Shown in pieces: positions 52,213 to 63,127 of a stretch of DNA of 64,000 bases. Position numbers and translations under genes: made by a program. This DNA comes from Malacoraja senta (taxonomy: Eukaryota), in contig CM075988.1 in NCBI GenBank assembly GCA_038087875.1, forward strand, positions 22,508,001 to 22,572,000, read 5' to 3'. The notes under the pieces are model-generated. The model searched no databases, was not told the origin of the DNA, and saw nothing but the letters and a program-made list of their open reading frames with translations. Within the stretch, counting starts at the first letter, position 1. Each line of letters opens with the position of its first letter.

Positions 52213-53045
52213 AGGTCGATGGGGGCGCTGCGAGTCGGCTGCCCTGCCAGCAGCGTGTTCGTTATTTCAACTTTTTGGGGGGGTTTTTGGTGTGTCTAAA
52301 TGTTAGTTTAGGTGTCTTTTGGTGTGTCTTGTGTGGGGGGTGGTGGGGAGGGGAAAGGGGAAGGGGGAGAACCGCTTTTGGTTGCCTCCTCGACGGAGAG
52401 GCGACTTTTTCCATGTCGCCTCCCTCGCGGTCTAACAGCATGGACTGGAGCGACCTTTCGCGGAGTTGAGCCCGGAGTTTCAGCAGCGGGCGCAGCATGG
52501 ACTTTTCCATCGCAGAGCGGGCGAACCCTTGCCGCAGGTCACCAGAGAGGAGTGCTCCGATCGCTGGCCTGGTGACTTTGGCATCACGGGGCTGTGGTCT
52601 GCGGAGCCTCTAGCCGCGGGTGTGGCGTGGACTTACCATCCCTTGCCGGGGATCGGCGGAGAAGAGCTCCGTCCGCCGGCCTGCGGCCTATAACATCTTG
52701 AAGCCGCGGTCTCCAGTAGGAAAGTGCCGATTCGGGCACTCCAAGCCACGGAGTGTGTTTGACCGTCCCGACGTCGGAGGTTTGATCATCCCGACGAGAG
52801 GGCCTGTACATCGGGCTGTCCGTAGCAGCGACTACGGAGGGTTCATGGCCCCGACCACGGGTGAACAAAGGAGGACGACTGACTGAACTTTATTGCCTTC
52901 TAACACAGGGAAGAATACTGTGGTGGATGTTTGGGTTAAATCTTATTGTGTATTGTGTGTTCTTTTTAAGTGTATCGCTGCTGGCAAATTCATTTCACTG
53001 CACCTTTGGGTGCATGTGACGAATAAAATTGACTTTCTTGACTTT
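52213..53045 (+). repeat. GC-rich non-autonomous repeat with LINE-type 3' tail (related copy 19265-19690, minus strand)
   Basis: Shared gggcctgtacatcgggc...cgtagcagcgact...cgaccacgggtgaacaaag and a gacaataaa-type tail. Confidence 0.65.
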
Positions 53046-53282
53046 GAACTTGACCTCCAGATGGACTTTTACAATATGTTTCATGGTTACCAATACTGAC
53101 AGTAGCTTCTTCTTTAGACTGGTCAGTTAGAGGAATCTAATGTCCTGAGGTAAAGTTCGGCCGCTAATTTTCCCCACCGGGGATTTGAACTCACGTCTCT
53201 GGATTAATAACCATGGGTTTCTAGCTTACTAATGCCCCAATGCAGTTGTAGCCCTTCATACATAATCAATAGCTGGACTTAC

Positions 53283-53354
53283 CACAGGATCCGTAGCTCG
53301 GACATGCTGGACTTCCAGTGTAGAGGTCGGGGCTCTGGGAATTGTAACTACCCG
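53283..53354 (-). CDS. SIDT2: SIDT2 exon, cytosolic loop (most upstream exon recognised)
   Basis: 72 bp, tttcag/gtaagt, phase 1/1: xGSYNSQSPDLYTGSPACPSYGSC. Joins the next exon in frame; the YGS motif resembles the SIDT2 loop. Confidence 0.72.
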
Positions 53355-55039
53355 CTGAAATAAAACACAGTACCAGAGTTTGAAAGAAGTCGTGGAAGAC
53401 AACATGTAATACTCTGTGGAAACACTGTCCCATCTCATGCCACACTGATAATACAAAGGATAGACACAAAATGCTGGAGTAACTCAGCGGGTCAGGCAGC
53501 ATCTCTGGAGAAAATAGACAAGTGGCGTTTGGGGTTGGGACCTTTCTTCAGATCAGTCTGAAGAATGGTCCCGACCCCAAACGCCTCCTCTCCATTTTGT
53601 CCAGAGATGCTACGTGACCGGCTGCATTTAGTGTCTATATTTGGTATAAACCAGTATCTGTCGTTCCTTTTTTATGACATGAAAATACAAAGGTCTCTGT
53701 CTACCAGCAGTCTTGGCCAGTAGACAAACCTCCTTATTTCATCCCGATTATTCTTCTAGTTATCATCAGTTGTTATAATAGTTATCAACTATTCTAGTCA
53801 TTATTAGTTGCAGTTCACCAATCTGAAGATGGGCCCTGACCCAAAATGTCACCTATCCATGTTCCATGTATCTAAAGATGTTGCCCGATCCACTGAGTTA
53901 CTCCAGCACTTTGTGTCTTTTTTTATTCCTCCAGTTACCTCAGTGGAAATATTGGGTGCGGAACAGGTAGTTCTTCTGCCATCACCTTTGTTGCGTTTGT
54001 GGTGGATGGCGGACAACCAGGTGAAACATGCCCGGCCTAGCCGGTCTTAATTCAGATCTTACAGCAGAGGAAGATCAAATTGAAAATGGCGGGGGAGATA
54101 GAATCATCTCAGCCTGGAAGAGAATCCTTGATCAAGAGGGAGAGGGCCATATTTGTTTAGTCGAGTTTGGAGATACAGCGCGGAAACAGGCCCTTCGGCC
54201 CACCGACCAGCGATCCCCGCACACTAACATTATCCTACAAACACACACGAGGGACAATTTGCATTTTCTACCGAAGCCAATTAACCTACAAACCTGTACG
54301 TCTTTGGAGTGTGGGGAAAAACCGGAGATCCCGGAGAAAACCCACGCGGTCACAGGAAGAACAAACAAACTCTGGACAGACAGCACCTGTAGTCAGGATC
54401 GAACTTGGGTCTCTGGCGCTGTAAGGCTCTACCACTGCGCCACCGTGCCGCCCGTATGAATTGCCTTTTAGCGCCCAAAGTGAAGCACCCCAGTCCCTTA
54501 TAATATTTCTCACTGGGATCAAAAATAGCGATGACCCAGAACAAATATCGATCTTGTGCACTTATTTAAAAAACTGCCAGTACCTCATTAGCGCGTGACT
54601 TGGCTCAGTTGGACTTTGATACAATGGATTTCCTGTTGAGTGATTTAATTGGCCAGCAGGAAGGATGTTGACAGCCTGCCAGGAAGGAAGAGATGAAAGG
54701 GCCTCGTGGAGCCAGCTAGGCTCATTGGCAAGTGGATGTCTCCAATAAATTAATTAGCAAGTCAGTCAGTCAGAACCTTTCACTCAGGGTGGAGATGTCA
54801 AAGATTAGAGGGTGCAGCTTTAAGGTGAGAGGGGCAAAGTTTAAAGATGATGAGTGGGGCAAGATTCTTATTTCTCTGTGAAACATTTCATGACTCCTTT
54901 TTCATTAGAAAATGATTGAAGCACACATGGAAGATGTTGATAATGTTATCTGAGCAGAGAATTGGAAGAAATGTCACTAATTTCTCCTGATTCCCACATT
55001 CATAACTGTGACCGAGGCTGAGATACAATGGTTACATTC

Positions 55040-55508
55040 AATAGACAATAGACTATAGGTGCAGGAGTAGGCCATTTGGCCCTTCGAGCCAGCACCGCCA
55101 TTCAATGTGATCATGGCTGATCATCCCCAATCAGTACCCCGTTCCTGCCTTCTCCCCATATCCCCTGACTCCGCTATTTTTAAGAGCCCTATCTAGCTCT
55201 CTCTTGAAAGCATCCAGAGAACCTGCCTCCACCGCCCTCTGAGGCAGATAATTCCACAGACTCACCACTCTCTGTGAGAAAAAGTGTTTCCTCATCTCTG
55301 TTCTAAATGGCTTACTCCTTATTCTTAAATTGTGGCCCCTGGTTCTGGACTCCCCCAACATCGGGATCATGTTTCCTGCCTCTAGCGTGTCCAAGCCCTT
55401 AACAATCTTATATGTTTCAATGAGATATCCTATCATCCTTCTAAACTCCAGAGTGTACAAGCCCAGCTGCTCCATTCTCTCAGCATATGACAGTCCCGCC
55501 ATCCCGGG
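55040..55508 (-). mobile_element. CR1 LINE 3' fragment (others near 9866-10160, 17952-18327, 28118-28597, 36158-36580, 38350-38742, 44597-45045, 51043-51403, 63225-63381)
   Basis: MFPMLGESRTRGH...GYGEKAGTGY* and the shared 3' UTR and tail. Confidence 0.88.
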
Positions 55509-56632
55509 TTCCAGCTTATATTTCCATCACTGTTGTCATCAGGTTGTAATAAAATGCCTGAATATAGTCATTGGGAATATAAATGGAAACCAGCGGATTT
55601 ATTAAAGTTCCAAAGTAATCAATGCCATACAAGTTGTCATAAGTTCATACGTGAAAGGAGTAGAATTAGGCCATTCGGCCCATCAAGTCTACTCCGCCAT
55701 TCAATCATGGTTGATCTATCTCTCACTCCTAATCCCATTCTCGTGCCTTCTCCCCATAGCCCATACTAATCATGAATCTATCTATCTCTGCCTTAAAAAT
55801 GTCCATTGGCCTCCACTGCATCTTGTGGCAAAGAGTTCCACAGATTTACCGCAGATCTGACTAAAGAAATTCCTCCTCATCTCCTTCCTAAAGGGACGTC
55901 CTTTGACTGTGCTGCAGCTCCAAGATCAGGCATTGTGCAAAGACACCAAGTTCTCGTCCACTGCACGCGTTGGCTTTGGCATCAACCAGTTGCTGAGCTT
56001 CTCAGTCCAATCAGCGGCAAGGGTGGGGGAACAATGACCAACGCCCCCCACAATCACGGCATCAGCTGCAGTAATCCCTGGTCACCTCAGCACCTGGGTC
56101 AACGAGACAATGCCAACCTCTTGCCCTGCATCAGAGGCCAGTGATATAAGTTCATAAGAGATGCAGTCACGGTGGCGCAGCAGTAGAGTTGCTGCCTCAC
56201 AGCGAATGCAGCGCCGGAGACCCGGGTTCGATCCCGACTACGGGTGCTGTCGGGAGAAAGTTTGTACGTTCTCCCCGCGACCTGCGTGGGTTTTCTCCGA
56301 GATCTTCGGTTTCCTCCCACATTCCAAAGGCGTACAGGTTTGTAGGTTAATTGGCTTGGTAAATGTAAAAATTGTCCCTAGTGGGTGTAGGATAGGGTTG
56401 GCGCGGACCCGGTGGGCCGAAGGGCCTGTTTCCGTGCTGTATCTCTAAACTAAACTAAGATAGGAGCAGAATTAGGCCATTCAGCCATCAGGTCTACTCT
56501 ACTATTCAATCACAGCTGATCTATCTTTCCCTCCTAACCCCATACCCCTGCCTTCTGCCCATAACCCCTGGCACCCGTACTAATCAGTGATCGCCAGGGT
56601 AACATTTTTATTTTATTTTATTTTCAATCAGA

Positions 56633-57005
56633 GGGGCGGCATGGTGGGGCAGCGGTAGAGTTGTTGCCTCACAGCGCCAGAGTCCCGGGTGCGATCCTGA
56701 CTACGGGTGCTGTCTGTATAGAGTTTGTACGTTCTCCCCGTGACCGCGTGGGTTTTCTCCGGGTGCTCCGGTTTCCTCCCACACTCCAAAGACGTACAGG
56801 TTTGTATGTTAATTGGCTTCGGTTAAGACTGTAGAAATGCAATTTTGTTCAAACCAAGCTGTTTGAATGACAATAAAAGGCATTCTATTCTATTCTAATA
56901 TTGTAAACCGACCCTGGTGTGTAGGATAGTGTAAGTGTGCGGGGTGATCGCTGGCTGGCGCGGACTCGATGGGCCGAAGGGCCTGTTCCTCGGTGTACCT
57001 CTAAA
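56633..57005 (+). mobile_element. tRNA-derived HE1/V-type SINE (other copies near 4325-4650, 6757-7075, 8353-8990, 9640-9805, 13495-13790, 14074-14373, 23160-23455, 27797-28095, 33322-33675, 34755-34920, 37490-37775, 49612-49815, 54165-54452, 56166-56458, 58052-58688)
   Basis: A-box-like tggcgcagcggt, B-box-like gttcgatcc, core gggttttctccgggtgctccggtttcctcccac, CR1-like 3' end gggccgaagggcctg and (taaac)n tail. Confidence 0.85.
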
Positions 57006-58320
57006 GTCTAATTCAAAACGAGATTGTCAACTGCTCTGCCTTCTTCTGCATTCGGGTGTCTGGGATTATGGGGAGGCAGGAGAATGGGGTTGAGAGGGAA
57101 AGATAGATCAGCCGTGATTGAAGGGCGGAGTAGACTTGATGGGCCGAATGGCCTAATTCTGCTCCTAGAACTGATGAACCTATTACAAGTGCAACACATT
57201 TTAACTCCAACCCTTCCATTAAATGCTCGTACTACACCAATATAAACTGTTCTACATCCTTCCCTAGTTATTCTCCCACCGTCACAGAGCTGGTCAATTA
57301 CTGATGTATTAGGGGAAAAAGTGACTGACGTTGGTCAGTATTTAGCCCTCGTACAAACAACAGCGGGCCGAGAAAGAAAACAGGCAAGTCCACTGTTACA
57401 TAGAAACATAGAAAGTAGGTGCGAGAGTAGACCACCAGGCCCATCGAGCCCGCACCGCCATTCGCTCATGGCTGAACACTAAACAGACACCCTTACCCAC
57501 AAACAGTAGACACAAGACACAGAACACAAGACACTACCCTCCCCTTTATATCGCTATCACCCCTCTCCACCCCAAGAACCGCGTGATCTCCTGGGGGAGG
57601 CAAAAAAACGGATAAAAACCCAGGTCCAATTCGGGAAAAAAATCCGGGAAATTCCTCTCCGACCCCAATCCAGGCGATCGACACTTGTCCAGGAGATCAC
57701 TCAGGTCTTACTATACTAACCATACCTAGGTCCATATCCCTGCCCTCTCCCCGTAGCCCCTTATCCCCTTGGCAGCTAAAAAACCATCTATTTTAGATTT
57801 AAATCAGCTGATTTAATGTATTTTAAATGATGTTGATAATGTTGGATAGAAAAAAAAATAGCTGGTGACCAGGGTTTTGCAAGCACTTAAGTTTGCGTTT
57901 TGTCATGACTTCAGAATTAGCAAAGACACACTTAACATTGTTATAACTTGTAACTGGGTCAATGCCTGTGGTAAAATAGAACGCCCAAGGAGATGGGTGG
58001 GGGCTTTAATTGCTTGCACGGCAACACCATTTGTGGAAATCTTGGCCTTTATTTTAGTTTAGAGATACAGCGTGGAAACAGGTCCCTCGGCCCACTGTTA
58101 CCAAACCGACCAGCGATCCCCCATACACTAGTTGTGCATCCTACACACGAGGGACAATTTACAGACGGCAGTTAACCTACAAATCTACGTCTTTGGGATG
58201 TGGGAGGAAACCGGAGCACCCGGAGAAACCCACGTGGTCACAGGGAGGACGTACAAACGCTACACAGACAGCATCCGAGGTCAGCATCGAACCTGGGTCT
58301 CTGGCACCGTGAGGCAGTAG

Positions 58321-58666
58321 AGGGCCTGTCCCACTTACGCGACTCTTTTGGCGACTTGCCGGCACCCGTCATAGGTCGTTGCAGGTCGCCGGAAAATTTC
58401 AAACTTGTTCAAAATCCAGCGTCGACCAGAAAGACGCTACGACACTTTGGGCGACTGAGGAGACGACTCACGACCGTACAGGCGACACCCTGGCGACATG
58501 TCACGGGGTGAAGCCTGTACGGTCGCGAGTAGTCGCCCAAAGAGTCGTACCTTGTTCTGGTCGCCGCTGGGTTTTCAACATGTTGAAAATTTTCGGCCAC
58601 CTGCAACGACCTATGACGGGTGCCGGCAAGTCGCCAAAAACAGTCGCATAAGTGCGGACAGGCCCA
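58321..58666. mobile_element. PIF/Harbinger-type MITE (family C) inserted in a SINE
   Basis: TIRs; splits the SINE motif gaggcag|taactctaccgctg; flanks TAG/TAA. Confidence 0.82.
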
Positions 58667-59597
58667 TAACTCTACCGCTGTGCCACTATGCAGCAGAGAT
58701 AACATTTCCCATGACATTTCACAGGAGCATTATCGAACAGAATGTGACAGGACGACACAAGGAAGATTTGGAGTATTGCGTACAGTTCTGGTTACCCCAT
58801 TACAGGAAGGATGCAGAGGGGTTTTGAAAGGGTGCTGAGGAGATTTACCAGAATGCTGCCTGCACTAGGGGGTATTAGCTAGGAGAGGCTGAACAAACTT
58901 GGATTTTTTCCCTTGGAACATCTGAGATCGAGGGGGGACCTGTTAGAATATCTCAGATTAACAGAGGCAATGATAAGGTGGACAGTCGGAACCTTTCTCC
59001 CAGGGTGGACATGTCAAAGAGGGCATAGCTTTAGGGTGAGAGGGGCAAATTTTAAAGAAGATGTGTGGGACAAAATTCTCTACACAGATGGTGGTGGGTG
59101 CCTGGAACATGCTGCCAGGGGTGGTGGTGGAGGCAGATATGATAGTGGTGTTTAAGAGGCTTTTAGATATGCAGGGAATGGAGGGACACGGATCACATGC
59201 AGGCAGAGGAGATTAGTTGATCTTGCCATTATCTTTGGCATGGACATCATGGGCCTGTTCCTGTGGTGTACTGCTCTTTTATCGTGGGCCAAAGGGCCTG
59301 TTCCTGTGCTCCACTGCTCTCTGTTCTACAAAAGGCAACTGAAAGCTTAGTCAGAGGACTGGGTTTTTGTTTTTAAGAAACAGCATAAAGGGACCAAGAG
59401 AGGTTAGAAAGGCAGAGAGGTTTAATGTGGAGATTGTTGAACTCGGGGCCCAGGCAGCTGGGTATAAACGGAAGAGTGATGAGGACAAGGGATTGCAAAA
59501 GAAGCCAGTTTTAGTGTGCAGATGTACCGGTATAAATGAAGTACATAAGCTTTCGATGGATTTCAATAGACAATAGGTGCAGGAGTAGGCCAATGTA

Positions 59598-60095
59598 GTG
59601 GGAGACTCCATTGTGAGAGGTACGGACAGGGGTTTCTGTGGCAACAGACGGGATGCGAGGATGGTGTGCTGCCTTCCTGGTGCCAGGATCCAGGATGTCA
59701 CGGACAGAGTGCAGAAAATCCTCAAGGGCGAAGGTGAACATCCGGAAGTGGTAGTGCATGTCGGCACAAACGATGTCGGAAAGAAGGGGATGAATATTCT
59801 GCAGCGTGACTTTAGAGAGCTCGGAAAAATGCTGAAAAGCAGGACCTCCAGGGTTGTTATCTCCGGTTTGCTTCCAGTTCCTCGTGCTGGCGAGAGCAGG
59901 AACAGGGAGATACGGGACCTGAACGTGTGGCTCAGGAACTGGTGCACGGGGCAGGGATTTAGATTTTTAGATCACTGGGATCTGTTTTGGGGTAAGGGGG
60001 AACTGTACAAAAGGGACGGATTGCATCTTAACAGGTGTGGGACCAGCATTCTGGCAGGCAGGTTTGCCACTGCTACACGGATGGTTTTAAACTGA
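59598..60095 (+). CDS. CR1 ORF1 C-terminal SGNH/GDSL esterase domain (partial)
   Basis: GDS block I, GTND block III, DGLH block V; ends MVLN*. Confidence 0.9.
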   Translation: MGDSIVRGTDRGFCGNRRDARMVCCLPGARIQDVTDRVQKILKGEGEHPEVVVHVGTNDVGKKGMNILQRDFRELGKMLKSRTSRVVISGLLPVPRAGESRNREIRDLNVWLRNWCTGQGFRFLDHWDLFWGKGELYKRDGLHLNRCGTSILAGRFATATRMVLN

Positions 60096-63000
60096 ATAAG
60101 GGGGGTGGGGTTTCGAATGGGATAGTGGAGGATGGAGTTAAAGGGAAAGGGTTTCTTAAATGTGTGAGCGTAGAGACAGAGGAGTGTAAAATGAGGGTAG
60201 AAGCAATAGGTAGCAAGGTGAAAAGTAAAAGTGGAAGACAGACAAAACCAGGGCAAAAATCAAAAAGGGCCACTTTTCAACATAATTGTATAAGGGGTAA
60301 GAATGTTGTAAAAACAAGCCTGAAGGCTTTGTGTCTCAATGCAAGGAGCATTCGTAATAAGGTGGATGAGTTGAATGTGCAGATAGCTATTAATGACTAT
60401 GATATAGTTGGGATCACGGAGACATGGCTCCAGGGTGACCAAGGCTGGGAGCTGAACATCCAGGGATATTCAATATTCAGGAGGGATAGAGAGAAAGGAA
60501 AAGGAGGTGGGGTAGCGTTGCTGGTTAGAGAGGAGATTAACGCAGTGGAAAGGAAAGACATTAGCTTGGAGGATGTGGAATCGGTATGGGTAGAGCTGCG
60601 AAACACTAAGGGGCAGAAAACGCTGGTGGGTGTTGTGTACAGGCCACCTAGCAGTAGTAGTGAAGTTGGGGATGGCATCAAACAGGAAATTAGAAATGCG
60701 TGCGACAAAGGCAAAACAGTTATAATGGGTGACTTCAATCTACATATAGATTGGGTGAATCAAATTGGCAGGGGTGCTGAGGAAGAGGATTTCTTGGAAT
60801 GTATGCGGGATAGTTATCTAAATCAACATGTAGAGGAACCAACGAGAGAGCAGGCTATTTTAGACTGGGTATTGAGTAATGAGGAAGGGTTAGTTAGCAG
60901 TCTTGTTGTACGTGCCCCCTTGGGCAAGAGTGACCATAATATGGTTGAGTTCTTCATTAGGATGGAGAGTGACATTGTTAATTCAGAAACAATGGTTCTG
61001 AACTTAAAGAAAGGTAACTTTGAGGGTATGAGACATGAATTGGCCATGATTGACTGGCAATTAATTCTAAAAGGGTTGACGGTGGACATGCAATGGAAGA
61101 CATTTAAAGACTGCATGGATGAACTACAAAAATTGTTCATCCCAGTTTGGCAAAAGAATAAATCAGGGAAGGTAGTGCATCCATGGATAACAAGGGAAAT
61201 CAGGGATGGTATCAAAGCGAAAGATGATGCGTACAAATTAGCCAGAAAAAGCAGCATACCAGAGGACTGGGAGAAATTCAGAGACCAGCAGAGGAGGACA
61301 AAGGGCTTAATTAGGAAAGGAAAAATAGATTATGAAAGAAAACTGGCAGGGAACATAAAAACTGACTGCAAAAGTTTTTATAAATATGTAAAAAGAAAGA
61401 GATTAGTTAAAACAAATGTAGGTCCCTTGCAGTCAGAAACAGGTGAGTTGATCATGGGGAACAAGGATATGGCGGACCAATTGAATAACTACTTTGGTTC
61501 CGTCTTCACTAAGGAAGACATAAATAATCTGCCGGAAATAGCAGGGGACCGCGGGTCAAAGGAGTTGGAGGAATTGAGTGAAATCCAGGTTAGTCGGGAA
61601 GTGGTGTTGGGTAAATTGAATGGATTAAAGGCCGATAAATCCCCAGGGCCAGATAGGCTGCATCCCAGAGTACTTAAGGAAGTAGCTCCAGAAATAGTGG
61701 ATGCATTAGTAATAATCTTTCAAAATTCTTTAGATTCTGGAGTAGTTCCTGAGGATTGGCGGGTAGCAAACGTAACCCCACTTTTTAAGAAGGGAGGGAG
61801 AGAGAAAACGGGGAATTACAGACCAGTTAGTCTAACATCGGTAGTGGGGAAACTGCTAGAGTCGGTTATTAAAGATGGGATAGCAGCACATTTGGAAAGT
61901 GGTGAAATCATTGGACAAAGTCAGCATGGATTTACGAAAGGTAAATCATGTCTGACGAATCTTATAGAATTTTTCGAGGATGTAACTAGTAGCGTGGATA
62001 GGGGAGAACCAGTGGATGTGGTGTATCTGGACTTCCAGAAGGCTTTCGACAAGGTCCCACATAAGAGATTAGTATACAAACTTAAAGCACATGGCATTGG
62101 GGGTTCAGTATTGATGTGGATAGAGAACTGGCTGGCAAACAGGAAGCAAAGAGTAGGAGTAAACGGGTCCTTTTCACAATGGCAGGCAGTGACTAGTGGG
62201 GTACCGCAAGGCTCAGTGCTGGGACCCCAGCTATTTACAATATATATTAATGACCTGGATGAGGGAATTGAAGGCAATATCTCCAAGTTTGCGGATGACA
62301 CTAAGCTGGGGGGCAGTGTTAGCTGTGAGGAGGATGCTAGGAGACTGCAAGGTGACTTGGATAGGCTGGGTGAGTGGGCAAATGTTTGGCAGATGCAGTA
62401 TAATGTGGATAAATGTGAGGTTATCCATTTTGGTGGCAAAAACAGGAAAGCAGACTATTTTCTAAATGGTGGCCGACTAGGAAAAGGGGAGATGCAGCGA
62501 GACCTGGGTGTCATGGTACACCAGTCATTGAAAGTAGGCATGCAGGTGCAGCAGGCAGTGAAGAAAGCAAATGGTATGTTAGCTTTCATAGCAAAAGGAT
62601 TTGAGTATAGGAGCAGGGAGGTTCTACTGCAGTTGTACAGGGTCTTGGTGAGACCACACCTGGAGTATTGCGTACAGTTTTGGTCTCCAAATCTGAGGAA
62701 GGACATTATTGCCATAGAGGGAGTGCAGAGAAGGTTCACCAGACTGATTCCTGGGATGTCAGGACTGTCTTATGAAGAAAGACTGGATAGACTTGGTTTA
62801 TACTCACTAGAATTTAGGAGATTGAGAGGGGATCTTATAGAAACTTACAAAATTCTTAAGGGGTTGGACAGGCTAGATGCAGGAAGATTGCTCCCGATGT
62901 TGGGGAAGTCCAGGACAAGGGGTCACAGCTTAAGGATAAGGGGGAAATCCTTTAAAACCGAGATGAGAAGAACTTTTTTCACACAGAGAGTGGTGAATCT

Positions 63001-63127
63001 CTGGAACTCTCTGCCACAGAGGGTAGTCGAGGCCAGTTCATTGGCTATATTTAAGAGGGAGCTAGATGTGGCCCTTGTGGCTAAAGGGATCAGAGGGTAT
63101 GGAGAGAAGGCAGGTACGGGATACTGA
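60086..63127 (+). CDS. CR1 ORF2, AP-endonuclease plus reverse transcriptase (start uncertain: -1 frameshift at 60086 or ATG at 60191)
   Basis: Uninterrupted frame of about 1010 codons: LNARS, GITETW, MGDFN, SDH (APE); YRPVSL, QHGF, DFQKAFD, GVPQGSVLGP, FADD (RT). Confidence 0.95.
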   Translation, partial: FKLNKGGGVSNGIVEDGVKGKGFLKCVSVETEECKMRVEAIGSKVKSKSGRQTKPGQKSKRATFQHNCIRGKNVVKTSLKALCLNARSIRNKVDELNVQIAINDYDIVGITETWLQGDQGWELNIQGYSIFRRDREKGKGGGVALLVREEINAVERKDISLEDVESVWVELRNTKGQKTLVGVVYRPPSSSSEVGDGIKQEIRNACDKGKTVIMGDFNLHIDWVNQIGRGAEEEDFLECMRDSYLNQHVEEPTREQAILDWVLSNEEGLVSSLVVRAPLGKSDHNMVEFFIRMESDIVNSETMVLNLKKGNFEGMRHELAMIDWQLILKGLTVDMQWKTFKDCMDELQKLFIPVWQKNKSGKVVHPWITREIRDGIKAKDDAYKLARKSSIPEDWEKFRDQQRRTKGLIRKGKIDYERKLAGNIKTDCKSFYKYVKRKRLVKTNVGPLQSETGELIMGNKDMADQLNNYFGSVFTKEDINNLPEIAGDRGSKELEELSEIQVSREVVLGKLNGLKADKSPGPDRLHPRVLKEVAPEIVDALVIIFQNSLDSGVVPEDWRVANVTPLFKKGGREKTGNYRPVSLTSVVGKLLESVIKDGIAAHLESGEIIGQSQHGFTKGKSCLTNLIEFFEDVTSSVDRGEPVDVVYLDFQKAFDKVPHKRLVYKLKAHGIGGSVLMWIENWLANRKQRVGVNGSFSQWQAVTSGVPQGSVLGPQLFTIYINDLDEGIEGNISKFADDTKLGGSVSCEEDARRLQGDLDRLGEWANVWQMQYNVDKCEVIHFGGKNRKADYFLNGGRLGKGEMQRDLGVMVHQSLKVGMQVQQAVKKANGMLAFIAKGFEYRSREVLLQLYRVLVRPHLEYCVQFWSPNLRKDIIAIEGVQRRFTRLIPGMSGLSYEERLDRLGLYSLEFRRLRGDLIETYKILKGLDRLDAGRLLPMLGKSRTRGHSLRIRGKSFKTEMRRTFFTQRVVNLWNSLPQRVVEASSLAIFKRELDVALVAKGIRGYGEKAGTGY

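Noticed and set aside
53939..54036. Possible SIDT2 exon
   Set aside because: Stop codon in the required phase and a weak acceptor.
54584..54675. Possible upstream SIDT2 exon (AG...GT bounded, AVNILPAGQ...)
   Set aside because: Open only in phase 0/2, which cannot join the phase-1 exon at 53354; no resemblance to SIDT proteins.
56166..56250. tRNA-like sequence
   Set aside because: It is the SINE head and continues into the SINE body; not a tRNA gene.
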